64,000 nucleotides of DNA from Klebsiella pneumoniae (GTDB lineage: Bacteria > Desulfobacterota > Binatia > UBA12015), in the NCBI GenBank assembly GCA_945872365.1, contig CAMBZJ010000003.1, positions 7,301 to 71,300 on the forward strand, read 5' to 3'. Both the position numbers and the translations under genes were made by a program. The notes under the pieces were generated by a model, which ran no database searches, was not told the DNA's origin, and worked only from the letters and a program-made list of their open reading frames with translations. Each line of letters starts with the position of its first letter. The first letter of the stretch is position 1. Below are positions 63,989-64,000 of this stretch, piece by piece.

Positions 63989-64000
63989 CGCCCTCCTACG

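Overview
Very GC-rich (roughly 70%, judged by eye) bacterial chromosomal DNA with dense coding. I found no mobile element, CRISPR array, rRNA or tRNA. Gene content suggests a deltaproteobacterial-type lineage, possibly Candidatus Binatia (inference). Contents in order: (1) + strand metabolic genes: FGGY kinase, SDRs, tandem DUF1330-like lipoprotein, GST, methylmalonyl-CoA mutase large subunit, speA, DegP, cold-shock protein, acyl-CoA dehydrogenase and a shortened DUF748-like protein. (2) rsmI, a secreted Cys-rich beta-propeller, and an 11-gene nuoABCDHIJKLMN complex I operon lacking nuoEFG. (3) A Btu/Fec-type ABC importer and a porin with a sigma54 promoter and an NtrC-like site. (4) A lipid-related block: heteromeric ACAD pair, two ArsA/Get3-like ATPases, phasin-like proteins, acpS, a radical SAM protein, PPK2 and a Baeyer-Villiger monooxygenase. 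(5) An uncharacterised module: palindromic operator, small helical protein, highly structured spacer, DUF6502-like protein and DUF5666-like lipoprotein. (6) The dcw cluster from mraZ to ftsZ, in which murF is missing and a structured ~316-bp spacer sits in its place. Family assignments come from motif recognition, not database searches. Several start codons were moved by eye from those in the ORF track.
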